From assembly GCA_951406725.2 (NCBI GenBank), contig OX597832.1, forward strand, positions 39,184,001 through 39,248,000: a stretch of DNA of 64,000 nt. The letters are read 5' to 3'. This document shows, one piece after another, positions 26,946 through 40,011 of this stretch; the first letter of the stretch is position 1; each line of letters starts with the position of its first letter. The notes beneath the pieces were generated by a model. The model had not been told where the DNA came from. It was given only the letters and a program-made list of their open reading frames with translations, and did no database searches. Both the position numbers and the translations under genes were made by a program. Source of the DNA: Octopus vulgaris. Its lineage: Eukaryota.

Positions 26946-27466
26946 TATATATGTGTATATATACACCCACAAACGCGCAGACTCTCACTCAAACACACAT
27001 AATGACTCAATAAAGAGTCCGTGCAGATGAAGACAGAATACTAAAACTTCGTATCACCTGAGATGTGAGTTAAGAATTATATAGAATAAAATATGAAGAG
27101 ATTACCTTGCCAATTTAATGTACCAATCATTTTGAAGCTGTGAAGAAACTTAAAGCCTCCAAAGCTAAAGTAATAAAATATGATAATCAATTATATCAAA
27201 CTAATAGAAAAACAAATGTCAACCAATTTAGCTGTCGGTATAATGTGTAACGGTCATAGATGAAACTTAATACAGCTTTCTGGTTGTCACAGTAACACTT
27301 CACAGGCTGCTGTTGAATAGTAAGCCAGCTATCATGGTTGTTAAATAGCTAACCATCATTCTTGATATCTGAATCTTTCCTTCTTGTATCATTAACGTCG
27401 TGCCCATAAAACTAACGTTTACAAGTTTTAATAACCTTTATTCACACGCACACACACACAGATGCA

Positions 27467-27502
<36 letters not shown>

Positions 27503-28605
27503 TACGAACACTTATGTGTGGGTGTCTGTTTTTGTACACAGAGACACATATATAAAACCACACAAACACACATACACACGTACACACACATGTATATTAC
27601 ATATACATATAAATATATATTTACATTCATATATCTTTATATATACGCATAGGCATACAAGTGATGTGTATATATATATATATTAATGTATACGCGTGTG
27701 TGTGGATATGGGTGTGTCTCTGTGTGTGTACGCATACGCATAAGCATATATAAATATATATTATACATATATACCTTCATGTGTATTTATATACATACAT
27801 ATATATCACACACGTAATAAGTGGATATAGATATGCGTGTGTATGTGTGCCTATGTACGTATAAATGCATTCATAGAGATACATTATATATACAGACACG
27901 CACACATTTATATATATATAAACACGCACATATACCTGTATATAAATATATACGTGTATATGTGTGTGTGTGAGTGTATGTTTGTGTGTGTGTGTGTGTG
28001 TGTGTACAAAAATGAAAGTTGTTGATCTGCCGGTTAGAGCTGCCAAAATGTAAATAAAAGACGTAATGACATGTGACAGGATAAAGCAAGACACGAGAAA
28101 GTATGTAAGATTTAATATATCTTCACAACACATTTTTAACGATAACTACCGTTGGAAGAGAAAAGAAAAAACATGTAGCTTTTGCTGTCTCATATAGTAA
28201 TGTATTACCATCATAGCAACATAATTCGTGGCCAGTAAGCTCGAGAACAAACCAGGGACAACAATCTTCGTTCTACTGAGTTCCATGTTTCGACGTCAGA
28301 CATTTTTTCCACACGGTATTTTAATCTCTTAATCACGTTTGTGTTTTCGCTTTTGTTGAATCTTCATACGATAACATTTTCCCTGCGACATCTTCTACTC
28401 GGTAAATTTTATTCTGGTTCCCAAGGCACCATGTACCCAATGCTTACCTCTAGTTTCTTGACACGTTTATCGGTTGGGAGTTAAATCCCTCCTCTCTACT
28501 GCATAAGAATTTGATTGAGTGATCTAACGTAGGAATGTTTTGCTACAACACGATGAAAGACGGCCATTTATATGTAAAAAATTTAAATTATAAAATGATA
28601 TCTAT

Positions 28606-28654
<49 letters not shown>

Positions 28655-28659
28655 CAGAG

Positions 28660-28890
28660 AACTATTTATTCTTTTAAACGTTTCAGTCATTTGACAGTGG
28701 CCATGCTGGAGCACGGCCTTAAAGGGTTTTAGTAGAAGAAATCGACACCAGGATTTATTCTTTGTAAGTCTAATACTTATTCTGTCGGTTTTTTTTTTTT
28801 TTTGCTGAAACGCTAAGTTAGTGAGACATAAATACAGCAACGTCGGTTGTCAAGCGATGATGAGGGGACAAACAGACACAAAGACACATA
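28660..28890 (-). mobile_element. SINE family B 3' half
   Basis: TTTCAGTCATTTGACAGTGGCCATGCTGGAGCAC...CGGTTGTCAAGCGATG...GGGGACAAACAGACAC. Confidence 0.85.
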
Positions 28891-29014
28891 AATATGTATA
28901 CATATATATTTTTTTTTTCTAATCTAGACCCGAGATTTTGGGGGAGGGAGCCAGTCGATTAGATCCATCCCAGTATGCAACTGGTACTTAACAGTCTATC
29001 GCAGCGTTACTCAT

Positions 29015-29196
29015 GAAACAGGAAGAAAGAGTAAGAGAAAGTTGGGGCGAAAGAGTACAACAGGGTTCACCACCACCCCCTGCCGGAGCCTCGTGGAGTT
29101 TTTAGGTGTTTTCACTCAATAAATACACACAACACCCGGTCAGGGAATGGAAACCGCGAGTCCGCTGCCCTAACCACTGGGCCATTGCACCTCCAC
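29015..29196 (-). mobile_element. SINE family C 5' half
   Basis: Matches 50067-50249, including the same short deletion in the tRNA-like head (GAAACCGCGAGTCC). Confidence 0.88.
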
Positions 29197-29882
29197 CTAC
29201 AGATAGTTTAATCGAAAATAATCACTGGACATTTTATTATATAATACGATTTATATAATATGTTAAAAATTTATGGTGGAGTAGGAAATATATTTTATTT
29301 CAATTACTAGATAAATAAATAAGGCACTAAATTCATTAAAAAAGTTTTCAATTAACGATTCATTTACTCAAAAGTTTCTACTAAATACGCCGATGTTAAA
29401 CAAATGTATTTTTTTACGATGATTATAAACAATACTATTTCTTGATAATGATAATATAAATAAATTAAGTATCAGAATTTTACTTAGTTTTACAGAAAGA
29501 AAGAAATTTGAGTAAACCAATACTTTTATTCTTCTATAAATTTTTAATGTGTATACAAGTTCGAAAGAACATGATTATATATACTAAATATTATAAGAGT
29601 CTACAAGAAATATTCATATATGCATAATTATTCAAAAAGATATATGATTATATATAGTAATTATTCTAATCTATTTATTCGTGCTAACATAAACATTATT
29701 CTTAGTAAATAACAAGTGAAAAACACAAATTTATTTGGTTTATCAGAGGAAAATACCACCGTAAATCAATTAAACAAACGTATAAAGCTACGATTATTAT
29801 AAACTACGCTATTTCTTACATAAAAATGATAATATATGAAGAATATTTATATATATAATATAAAAAAGTATATATAAATAAA

Positions 29883-29920
<38 letters not shown>

Positions 29921-30280
29921 ATACAATATAAATAGAGTATATATATATATATGTGTGTGTGTGTATGTATTAATTATGTATGTATGTATGTATGTATGTA
30001 TGTATATGTATACGACTACGGTATCCGCCCATAAGGATTTGGTCGGTCCGAGGCTATAGTAGAAGAGGCTTGCCCAAGTTGCCACCAGTGGGACTGAACT
30101 CGGAACTATGTGGTTGGGAAGCAAGCTTCTTACCACATAACCACGCCTTGAGTTGATTTGATAATCGGACTTCGGTTTGAGACTAAATGGGAATATATCA
30201 GCCAATTTATTTAGTTAGTTTCTTAGTTACTTATGAGTAACACAAAGTATAACTGTTGTTAAAATATCAAAGAGGTGGCT

Positions 30281-30361
<81 letters not shown>

Positions 30362-30374
30362 CACACTCAAGTCA

Positions 30375-30615
30375 GCTAATGGCATAATGGTCAGTACGCT
30401 AGACAAAGTGCTTAGCCGCATTTTGTACGTCTTTTACGTGCTGAATGCAAATTCCGCTGAGACCGTCTTTGTCTTTCCTCTTTGCGCTATCGACTTTGCC
30501 TTTTACCCTTTCGGGATCGATAAAATAAGGACCAGTTGAACACCGGTGTCGTTGTAACCGACTTATTTCCAGCCCCGAAATTGCTGGCCTTGTGCTAAAA
30601 TTTGAAACTAATATG
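30375..30615 (+). mobile_element. SINE family A (alternative tail)
   Basis: CGACTTTGCCTTTTACCCTTTCGGGATCGATAAAATAAGGACCAG...GAAATTGCTGGCCTTGTGCTAAAATTTGAAAC. Confidence 0.75.
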
Positions 30616-30633
30616 TAACATTCATCTACTATA

Positions 30634-31050
30634 AGGCGCAGGAGTGGCTGTGTGGTAAGTGGCTTGCTAACCAACCATATGGTTCCGGGTTCAGTCCCAC
30701 TGCGTGGCATCTTGGGCAAGTGTCTTCTGCTATAGCCCCGGGCCGACCAATGCCTTGTGAGTGGATTTGGTAGACGGAAACTGAAAGAAGCCTGTCGTAT
30801 ATATGTATATATATAAGTGTGTGTATATATGTTTGTGCGTCTGTGTTTGTCCCCCTAGCATTGCTTGACAACCGATGCTGGTGTGTTTACGTCCCCGTCA
30901 CTTAGCGGTTCGGCAAAAGAGAGACCGATAGAATAAGTAGTGGGCTTACAAAGAATAAGTCCCGGGGTCGATTTGCTCGACTAAAGGCGGTGCTCCAGCA
31001 TGGCCGCAGTGAAATGACTGAAACAAGTAAAAGAGTAAAGAGTAAAGAGT
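30634..31050 (+). mobile_element. Full-length young SINE family B
   Basis: AGGCGCAGGAGTGGCTGTGTGGTAAG head, B-box GGTTCAGTCCC, internal TA/TG tract, tail ...GACTGAAACAAGTAAAAGAGTAAAGAG. Nearly identical to the inverted copies at 35901-36302 and 54306-54753. Confidence 0.93.
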
Positions 31051-31670
31051 ATAATTAAAAATTTAGGAGGGAGCGTAAAAAAAAACCAGTGATTCGCTCG
31101 TCAGTCCAAGTTGCCATCTTGTTCGCTTTAATTTCCCAGAGAGAAGAAATACTTAAGTATATTTATGTATTCATAAGTGATGCTGTATGAATATCCAATA
31201 TGGTCGCACGGTAGATATATTTAGTTTGGAACAAAGAAATACGAAAGTTACCAAAAGTAAACATTCTTCAACGATTAGTACACTTATGTGTTATTCATTC
31301 CACTTCAAAGCCTCTCGCTTTGATAAAACAGTCTTACAGATGATGTGTTTCATGCTTCTTGAGATAGATGCTGCTGGCCAATGTCTCAGGAACTTCCTTT
31401 CTTTGATAGCAATTCTTAATTCCATCAATATGTAAATGAGAAAAGATGGCAGGAATGGAACACAAACAGACTTTGAAGAGAATATTACAGTAAATCAATT
31501 TCGTTGTTTTACTGGTTTAATGTGTCTACTGCAGGGATTCGGTAGTCATGTTAACACCAACAGAAAGACAACCAAATTATTGTACTAGGTTACCTTTCTT
31601 GCTGGAAATAGCAAGCAAATATGCCTCAAATCATATCCTACTGTCTCGAAAAGAAAGAATATTGGATAAT

Positions 31671-31819
31671 AGGCGTAGGAGTGGCTTGCTTACGAACCAC
31701 ATGGTTCCAGGTTCAGTCCCACTGCGTGGCATCTTAGGCAATTGTCTTCTACTATAGCCTCGAGCCGACCAAAGACTTGTGAGTGGATTTGATAGACGGA
31801 AACTGAAAGAAGCCCGTCG

Positions 31820-31872
<53 letters not shown>

Positions 31873-32104
31873 ATGTATGTGTATGTATATGTTTTTGTGT
31901 CTGTGTTTGTCTCCCCAACATCGCTTGACAACAGATGGTGGTGTATTTACGTCCCCGTAAATTAGCAGTTCGGCAAAAGGGACCGATAGAATAAATACTA
32001 GGCATCCAAATAATAAGTCCTGGAGTCGATTTGCTCGATCAAAGGTGGTGTTCCAGCATGGCCACAGTCAAATGATTGAAACAAGTAATAGATTAAAAGA
32101 GAGT
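31671..32104 (+). mobile_element. Full-length SINE family B
   Basis: Same architecture as 30634-31050. Confidence 0.9.
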
Positions 32105-32239
32105 AATATGGTTCAAGATAGAGTGTTTCTAGAAGTCCAAGAGAGGATGGACACGACGGAAAGGAATTTTGGACATAAGTTTTCCTGTTCAAAGCTGACC
32201 TGGGGCTAAATAACAATATAAAGATCAATATCAACAATG

Positions 32240-32465
32240 TACCGAAGATAGCTTCTACATATCTGCCCGACCTGCTTGAAATAGCTGCCAAGTCCCATAG
32301 TGCGCAGCTCACGATTTCTTTAAAGGAAGGACATGTGGAACAGTGTAGTTCTAGATAAAATATTTGTGAAAAGTAAAGAGAGTGGGGCCACACTTGGAAA
32401 GGCTTTGACTTTAATTCTACCCAATCAGCCCTAACCAAGGGTTGAACAATAAACAGCAATAACAA
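32240..32465 (+). mobile_element. Interspersed repeat family F, most complete copy
   Basis: CTACATATCTGCCCGACCTGCTTGAAATAGCTGCCAAG...GGACATGTGG..TGTAGTTCTAGAT...(AAC)n tail. A second 3' end lies at 32120-32218. Confidence 0.55.
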
Positions 32466-32760
32466 CTGGTTTCAAATATTGGTACTGGGCCAGCAATTTC
32501 GGGGAAGTAGGATAGTCCATTACATCGACCTTCAATACTCAGCTGCTACATATTTCAGCGTCTCCGAAAGGCTAAAAAACGATGTCGACCACGGCGGTCA
32601 TTTGAACTCAGAACGCAAAAACCGAGTTGACTTTGCCTTTCATTGTTTCGGGGTTGGTAAAGTAACCAGTTGAGTACAGGGGTTGATGCAATCGACAAAC
32701 CCGACCGCCCCAAACTTACTGGCCTCGTGCCAAAATTTAGAACCAATATTTTTTAACACT

Positions 32761-32812
<52 letters not shown>

Positions 32813-33101
32813 TGTATGTATGTGTGTGCATGTGTGTATGCGTGTATCTTCTAATATACAGTTGCAAGCATTTAAGCTTCAACGTCTGTCCCTATGTTTA
32901 ACATTTTTATTTTCAGTTACTTTTAACACTGTTGCTTCGTTGGGAAAACATTTATGCCATGCTTGTTGAAGCTACGACTACTATGATAACGAAGGCGAGC
33001 ATTTGTTCCTGCTATCTCTCAAGATATTTATCTTGGAACGAGTGTGAATATTGCAATAATGCCAAATAGGGCAACGGATGAAGTCTAAGACCGAAGCAGA
33101 A

Positions 33102-33139
<38 letters not shown>

Positions 33140-33639
33140 ACAGAGGAAGAGAAGAGGGATAGGAATAAGATACAAAGAGCTGAAGCCAATACGGAAACAC
33201 TTCCCATCTGATTATCTTTCAAATCTGTCAATTCACCACCGAGACGACCAATCCTTGAAGGTTGAAAAGCAAAATTGACATCTGTGGTATTTGAATTCAG
33301 AACGCAATAATCCGCATTAAACACAGCTAGTCATTTCGTCTGATACACCTAAAGATTGAACAAGTTCGCCACTGAGAGGCAGAAAAGCGTGGTATGATGT
33401 ATGGTGAATTTTGAAAGAATCAACATTCGTAAAATATTCATTTATGCATTAATGAAATTATCACCTGCCTCAATATATTCCGTGTAGCAGAAGTTGTAGT
33501 AGCAACTTTAATAACAGTTGCTGTATCACAAGTTTTGTAACATGGGATTGAAACCTAACAGTTCGAGCTATAATACATCATAACACTTGAAATCTGTAAA
33601 ATCATCACTTATTACAGAACAAATCGGATATGTAACGAA

Positions 33640-34180
33640 TGTAGAAACTAAGAAGAGAAGATCTCAGGAGAATACTAAGTGTTGGAGAAGAGTTTGAGAA
33701 AACAATTATTCATGTTGCACACATTTGGAATTCAGAAGAAAACCTGCTGCAACCCGTTGCGGAATATGACATCAGGAAAGGTCATAAATCAATCAGGAGG
33801 ACAGCGGAAAACTGTTCACGTGAATTAGAATTAGATATCCAACCAGCAGTGAAATTTTCAAGCCAATGCCGTGATTAATGTGGGCATACAAACAGCGAAT
33901 CTGGTGAGTGTATAGAAATAAAATAGCAACCATCTAGGCTTGTAATGGACAGTTCTTTTGTGACAAACCACATATATAAATAAATAATTCTTCCTTGGAT
34001 AAAAAAAATATGTACAAACATCTTGAAAAACAGAGGTGTAAGTAACACAGTTTCTGAATATTGTACTTGGATATGTAGAAATGATCAGCTAGAGATTATA
34101 TAACGACATTGATAAACACAAGCTTCTAGCGGTCAGCTTCCTGAAAGTACGCGTGATATCGACTATTATACTACTTTACA
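33640..34180 (+). pseudogene. Decayed R4/Dong-like (RLE-type) non-LTR retrotransposon ORF fragment
   Basis: Frame reads KLRREDLRRILSVGEEFEKTIIHVAHIWNSEENLLQPVAEYD, resembling the post-RT GGRGLxSxE...YLxNSEExLL region. Later pieces NGQFF and KLLAVSFLKVR resemble LHGQY and LAxxxYxxRHD. Confidence 0.45.
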
Positions 34181-35354
34181 AAATATACTTGTAGACATAA
34201 CTAAGTAACAAAATAGCATTTTTTATACCCATATGGCAAACATATATGGTGCCTTATGAAATGTCTTCTGTCATAAACTCCATCAATTTGAAGCAGTGAT
34301 ATTCTATAAAACGCCATTTATTTCCTGAACCTAACAATGCAAATATGGAGACGTTTTCAAAAATCAAAGATAATGTCTTAATAATTGACTTAACAATGAC
34401 GAGTAGATATAATGTAGGCTTCCAATGAGCTGCGAGCTTAATTAGCTGTATTGGCTTCTTAGCTTAGTAGAGCAGTACACATAGCCTTCACGCACGGGCG
34501 AATATGGCTTTGGAACATATATGAGGCTTTCCTTAATTGTTTTAGCTGCCCATGTAGTCGCGAGCAGACGAAGGCACTCTCTCGGTCTGCTCATACTTGA
34601 CGCAGATATATCGCATCCAACAAACTACCTTAAAAAGACACATTATTAAAACGAAAATACATCAACAATTGAAACAGAATTTTTGAAAAGAAACGCATGT
34701 GGCAAAGAATGATATGGTTGTAAAGATCAATTACTCTATAACCGAAGACTGCTGAAGAAAAAAAGGTCCTGAGGAGAGCATGGATTGACCACTGGAAGTC
34801 TTTTGATAGTATTCTTCATACATGGATCATGAAGATACTAGTCATGAATAAGACAGAACCAATAACAATAGATAAAACATGTCATGGGTATACGGAAACC
34901 TTTTGTTACAAACAAAAGAGGGAATTGTAAAAACTATGCCTATCTCCTTTATAAGAGAATCATCCCGGGTAGGTTCTCTCTCTCTCCAATCCTTCTGTCT
35001 GGCATTCAAGCTTTCTTTGACGTACATGCTGAACGAAACTGAGTGTTGATATGATACACAATAGAAACGTTACTGCGGATAGTACACGTATTTAGCAAAT
35101 ATGTAGATTAAAACTAAATATGAGATACAGCTTAGAACATAGAAAAGTGACCTTGTAGAGAACATTAATATTATACTAGATAAAATAAAATCGGAAATGA
35201 GAACATTAGACAAAACACAAACATAGAAATACTTAGGAACCAATGAGATAAACAAGGTACAATGCACACAAATAAAGGAAAAGATTAGGAAACCGTTTTT
35301 AGATGTTCAAGCTTAATACTTAAAACAGTACTAAATGCAAAATATAATGTTATA

Positions 35355-35575
35355 TATTTCTTTACTACCCACAAGGGGTTAAACATAGAGGGGACAAACA
35401 AGGACAGACAAACGGATTAAGTCGATTACATCGACCCCAGTGCGAAACTGGTACTTTATTTATCGACCCCGAAAGGATGAAAGGCAAAGTCAACCTCGGC
35501 GGAATTTGAACTCAGAACGTAACGACAGACGAAATACCGCTAAGTATTTCGCCCAGCGTGCTAACGTTTCTGCCA
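35355..35575 (-). mobile_element. Young SINE family A monomer
   Basis: Near-identical to 1079-1300. Confidence 0.92.
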
Positions 35576-35654
35576 TAATAATAATTTTATCTTTTAACAT
35601 TCTCAGTGTTGGATACTAATCAACCTAGCCAGATTAGATGCGAAAACAAGAATC

Positions 35655-35870
35655 CTAATGACTCAGAGTTTCAGCACAAGTTTTACACACTATCCGAGGG
35701 ACCCAGGGTTTGTCTTGATCTCCAAAGTTCATGCCAAAGTAACTAAGGTAAGCATTTTTCCCAAAATCTGTGATTTCGTTTCGCTGCCTAAGTAATGTGT
35801 AACATCCACAAATATAGCAGAGGACATCGTGCAGTTTTTTACATTTTCCTCTATCACAACTTGTCATATT
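35655..35870 (-). pseudogene. N-terminal zinc-finger fragment of a Chapaev3-like (CMC) DNA transposase
   Basis: CKKLHDVLCYICGCYTLLRQRNEITDFGKNAYLSYFGMNFGDQDKPWVPRIVCKTC matches the FCYICG...AYxxYFG...GDQDKxWxP...CxxC motif as I recall it. Truncated and flanked by SINEs. Confidence 0.7.
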
Positions 35871-35900
35871 TCTTAAATGCAAAACATATATTCAAACCAG

Positions 35901-36302
35901 TTACTCTTTTACTCTTTTACTTGTTTCAGTCATTTGACTGCGGCCATGCTGGAGCACCGCCTTTAGTCGATCAAATCGACCCCGGGACTTATTCTTTGTA
36001 AGCACAGTACTTATTCTATCGGTCTCTTTTGCTGAACTGCTAAGTTACGGGGACGTAAACACACCAGCATCGGTTGTCAAGCAATGCTAGGGGGACAAAC
36101 ACAGACACACAAACATATACATACACATACATATATATATATATATGCGACGGGCTTCTTTCAGTTTCCGTCTACCAAATCCACTCTCAAGGCATTGGTC
36201 GGCCCGGCGCTATAGCAGAAGACACTTGCCCAAGATGCCACGCAGTGGGACTGAACCCGGAACCATGTGGCTGGTTAGCAAGCTACTTACCACACAGCCA
36301 CT
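35901..36302 (-). mobile_element. Near full-length young SINE family B
   Basis: Reverse complement of 30642-31045 with shared diagnostic variants (CAATGCC, CCCTAGCATTGC). Confidence 0.93.
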
Positions 36303-37047
36303 TATTGGAATTGATACTTCATGGGTTAACGGGATCGAGTCCGCTGGCTCGGTGTACTGGGGACAACATTTCACATCGATTTAAAGAGTTAAAACCGGTG
36401 GAAGATACTTGCAAGCAGCTTGCTTCCTACCAAAGAGGAAGATATACTTACAGCAACATTGGACAGTTGGACAAAGTACTTATATTGCCACGGGGGAACC
36501 GTTGTTAAACGAAAGATTATCTCACTTTTAACAAAACATTTGTCAATGAAAACCACTGCCAACTCGTGGAACCCAGTTACAACTAAACAGACTGTGGCTT
36601 GAAGCCATTTGGCAACAAGCACTACATTCAATCGATTCAACAAACAAGCTGCAACTATAGAGGAAATTATTATAGTTAATTAATTGTTAACCTTAATTAT
36701 GTAAGGTCAGGGAATATGTGAACGGAAAGAATGGAAGAAAATAAAACACAAAAGATGAAAAAAAAAGTAATGAAAATGCTTTTTTATTCTTTTTCATGGC
36801 AATTGATAACGTTTTCTTAATCTAACATGAAACAAAAACAAGTCAGCGGAAATTGCTTCATGAAATCTTGTGTAATATGCGGAGTGAAAGAAGATGTGTC
36901 TCTGATCACATAGACCGATTATGGCAGTATCGATTAGTTATTAGAATCATAGCTAATTATATGGAAGCCTGTGAATAACGTTTGCTTTTCATACTGTTGT
37001 TTACACCATTTTTTAAAACTATATTATTATCATTTGTTGAAGTTGTC

Positions 37048-37082
<35 letters not shown>

Positions 37083-37479
37083 CAATTTTGATTTTGATTT
37101 CTTATATTGGCACAAGGTTAGATAATGTATCATGCAGAAAAATAAACCATTTAGCCAATTCCCTGTACAATCCCCAATAGATTAGGATTAAAAGTATAAA
37201 AGGATGTATTAAATATAACAAAATCGTTTAAAACTCCTCTCCACTAATTCCACTGCCCTCCAACCCTTTCGTAATAACAATTTCAATGTTTGGTTAGGTG
37301 AGTGGAATTGCAGGATACACTACCAAAATTTAGTTTCGTACATCTAGGTATATTTCTGGTTTCAAATTTGAGAGAGTCTTTTTGTCTGATTTTCGTCATA
37401 TGCTTGATAAAATTAGCATCATTTGTGCTACACACCCATAAATAATACGTGTATAACTATTTCTTTGAAGTATGTATTC

Positions 37480-37855
37480 CCTATCTTTATGTTCTGAGAT
37501 CAAATCCCACCAAAATCAATTTTGCGTTTCATCCTTTCAGAGTTGATAAAATAAGGGACCTTCCAAGTACTGGGGTACAAAAGGTCCTCTCCTTAAATTT
37601 TCTGGCATTGGACCTTTAATTTGAAATTATTCCATGCGATAAGATGGCAGAATCGTTATAGCATCGGACTGACTGCCTTGCTGTATTCTTCTCCGGTTCC
37701 TTATATTCTACGTTCAAATCCTGCCCGAGGCGTCTTTACTTTTCATCCCTCCAAGATAAAAAAATGCAATACTGATCAAGTATTGTTGTATATGGTATCG
37801 ACTAAACTCCTACCCTTAGAACTGCTAGCCTCGTAATTAAAGTAGAAACCACTAT
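37480..37855 (+). mobile_element. Two old SINE family A copies
   Basis: TTTATGTTCTGAGATCAAATCCC...TTTCATCCTTTCAGAGTTGATAAAATAAG and GATGGCAGAATCGTTATAGC...CGTTCAAATCC...TTTTCATCCCTCC. Confidence 0.65.
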
Positions 37856-38011
37856 TGTTCATGGTTTTGGAAGTTAATTGCTTTAGCATTTTTCACGTAT
37901 ATATTGTCGTCGGTTAGAATTGATCAATCGATTAGAGGAAGTTTCTTTTTTCCTGATTGTTTTTGACAACAATATCTGATCGATTTACCTTAATCTCTCA
38001 GTCTATGTGAA

Positions 38012-38310
38012 TTGGCATGTTCCAGACTTTCTTTTCCAAGCTGGTTATCTCTGTTTTCATGTGTCTATATCGGGATAGTTCCGCCATTTATGAAATGCAT
38101 ATTATTGTTGTTCTTGTTATTATTATTGTTGTTCATTTGTATTATGGTAATATTACCTGCTTTCACTGCACTATTGTGTTCGCTTCTCTGTACACTGAGT
38201 GCGTGCATTGTTTTATTGTGGTTTTATTTTCACTGCATAGAAAATATACCCTCCGTAGTAGCGCAATTTTCTGTACATATTTGTAAGTCTTGCGAAAGTG
38301 GTTATGTATT
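38012..38310 (-). mobile_element. Decayed 3' end(s) of an R4/Dong-like LINE
   Basis: Minus strand reads VQKIALLRRVYFL (cf. IQKIALLGTAHIL), then a UTR and an (AAT/AAC)n tail. A separate piece ELSRYRHMKTEITS resembles the EKxxKY RLE motif. Confidence 0.4.
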
Positions 38311-38881
38311 TGCCTGCTTGTTGATCATTTCCAAAGTATTACGCTGGGAACAAGGTTGTTGTTGTTGTTGTTTAGTGTTGGAGACATGTTTCCCAGTAAT
38401 TTTGGGACGCTGATTTCGAAAATGAATTCCATTTTGTTTTATACTCGCAGCCCAGGTGCACCTTTAACTATCTCTTATGAAAATCCCACGTGCAAAGAAG
38501 AAAGGAACACGCAATCCAGCGAGAAAAGTATTCAAAATAACCGTTAACAAATACGGATGTATAAACGCCCTCACGTAAGCTACATGGCACACACGATCGC
38601 AAAGCAAAGTAAATAGCTACTTGATGTTTATAAGAACGGGGAGGTTGAAACTAAACTAAATTCCATCCATACCTGGAAGTAAATTAGGTTAACAGGTACT
38701 CAAATTCATTCCCACTATATTGTTCGAAAGTACACTTATATGCGTATAGACATCTTGTGAGTCTGTCATTTGTTATATATATATGTGTGTGACAATAATA
38801 AAGATATGTCATAGCGAATGTGCATATTTATAGATAGATAGTTACACAGATGATACACACACACATACACACATATATACA

Positions 38882-38937
<56 letters not shown>

Positions 38938-38952
<15 letters not shown>

Positions 38953-39069
38953 TTTTGGAGTATAACTCCAAATTTACAGGGAAAAATTCAATGTAGTATT
39001 AAATCAAATTTCAGAATATAAATATATAAAATATATTAAAATATATAAAATAAAATATATATAAAATAC

Positions 39070-39075
<6 letters not shown>
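38938..39075. mobile_element. Short AT-rich cassette nested in (TA)n, related to 43835-43915
   Basis: CCAAATTTACAGGGAAAAATTCAATGTAGTATTAAATC vs CCAAACTTACAGGGTAAAAATTAGATTTAGGATTAAATC; TA tracts on both sides. Confidence 0.6.
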
Positions 39076-39134
<59 letters not shown>

Positions 39135-39139
<5 letters not shown>

Positions 39140-39298
39140 ACAGGCTTCTTTCAGACTCCATCTACCAAATTCACTTGCAAGACTTTGGTCGGCCCGAGGC
39201 TATATTAAAAGACACTTGCCCAAGATGCCACGCAGTGGGACTGAACACGAAAACATGTGGTTGGTAAGCAAGCTACATACCACACAGCCCCTCCTGCG

Positions 39299-39301
<3 letters not shown>
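39135..39301 (-). mobile_element. SINE family B 5' half between TA tracts
   Basis: GGCTTCTTTCAG...GACACTTGCCCAAGATGCCACGCAGTGGGACTGAAC...CCTGCGCCT. Confidence 0.88.
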
Positions 39302-39340
<39 letters not shown>

Positions 39341-40011
39341 CACACACATACACAGTCGTTTACATGATGTTCAGCGTCTATATCAAATATGATATCTAGT
39401 TAATAAAAACATGTAATATATAAAAAGTGAGTGATATTAAAACAAAAGAATAATGCAAAGGATGATTAATGGTGTCCCTACTTAATTACGGTCAATAATT
39501 AATTAACTCTAGTTAATATCCTCCATTGTTCCCGGAGTACAAAGTAATATGGCGAGAATAATCATATAACATATTACTATTTTAGTAAAGTATCGAACGA
39601 TGGTGATTGCTTTAGTCATGTGTATATGTGTGTGTAAATTTGTATGTATATGTGTGTTGGAATTTATATGTGTGTACGTGTGGTCTTAAATGTATGTATG
39701 TGTGTCTGACTCGATACGTATATGTATGTGTGTCTTTTTATGTGAACTTTGGAAGTATGGGATGGTTGACGGTGAGTGTGTGCGCATCTGCGTTATACAT
39801 GCGTGTACAAGTTTGTGAATCTCTATAAATATCATATTTGTATGCTGATGTATATATGTGCTTATAGATGCGTATATGTGTTTATATGTGCATAATTGAA
39901 TATATCCGAGTACATGGATGCTTCAGTGTGAAGAGATACGTATATGTGGTTGCAATATTTTGTTTGTTTCTTATTTGTATAGAAATGTTTGCATGTATCT
40001 GTTTGTGAATA

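Noticed and set aside
26385-27060. Hammerhead-like strings CTGATGCAGGG..CTCCGTGA (26389) and CAGATGAAGAC..AAAACTTCGTATCAC (27024)
   Set aside because: Each needs two or more core mutations and lacks a well-paired stem II; this level of match is expected by chance.
36303-36660. GC-richer segment with GRYTY.., possibly an RLE-LINE zinc-knuckle remnant or an exon
   Set aside because: Only one short motif, so it cannot be assigned without a search.
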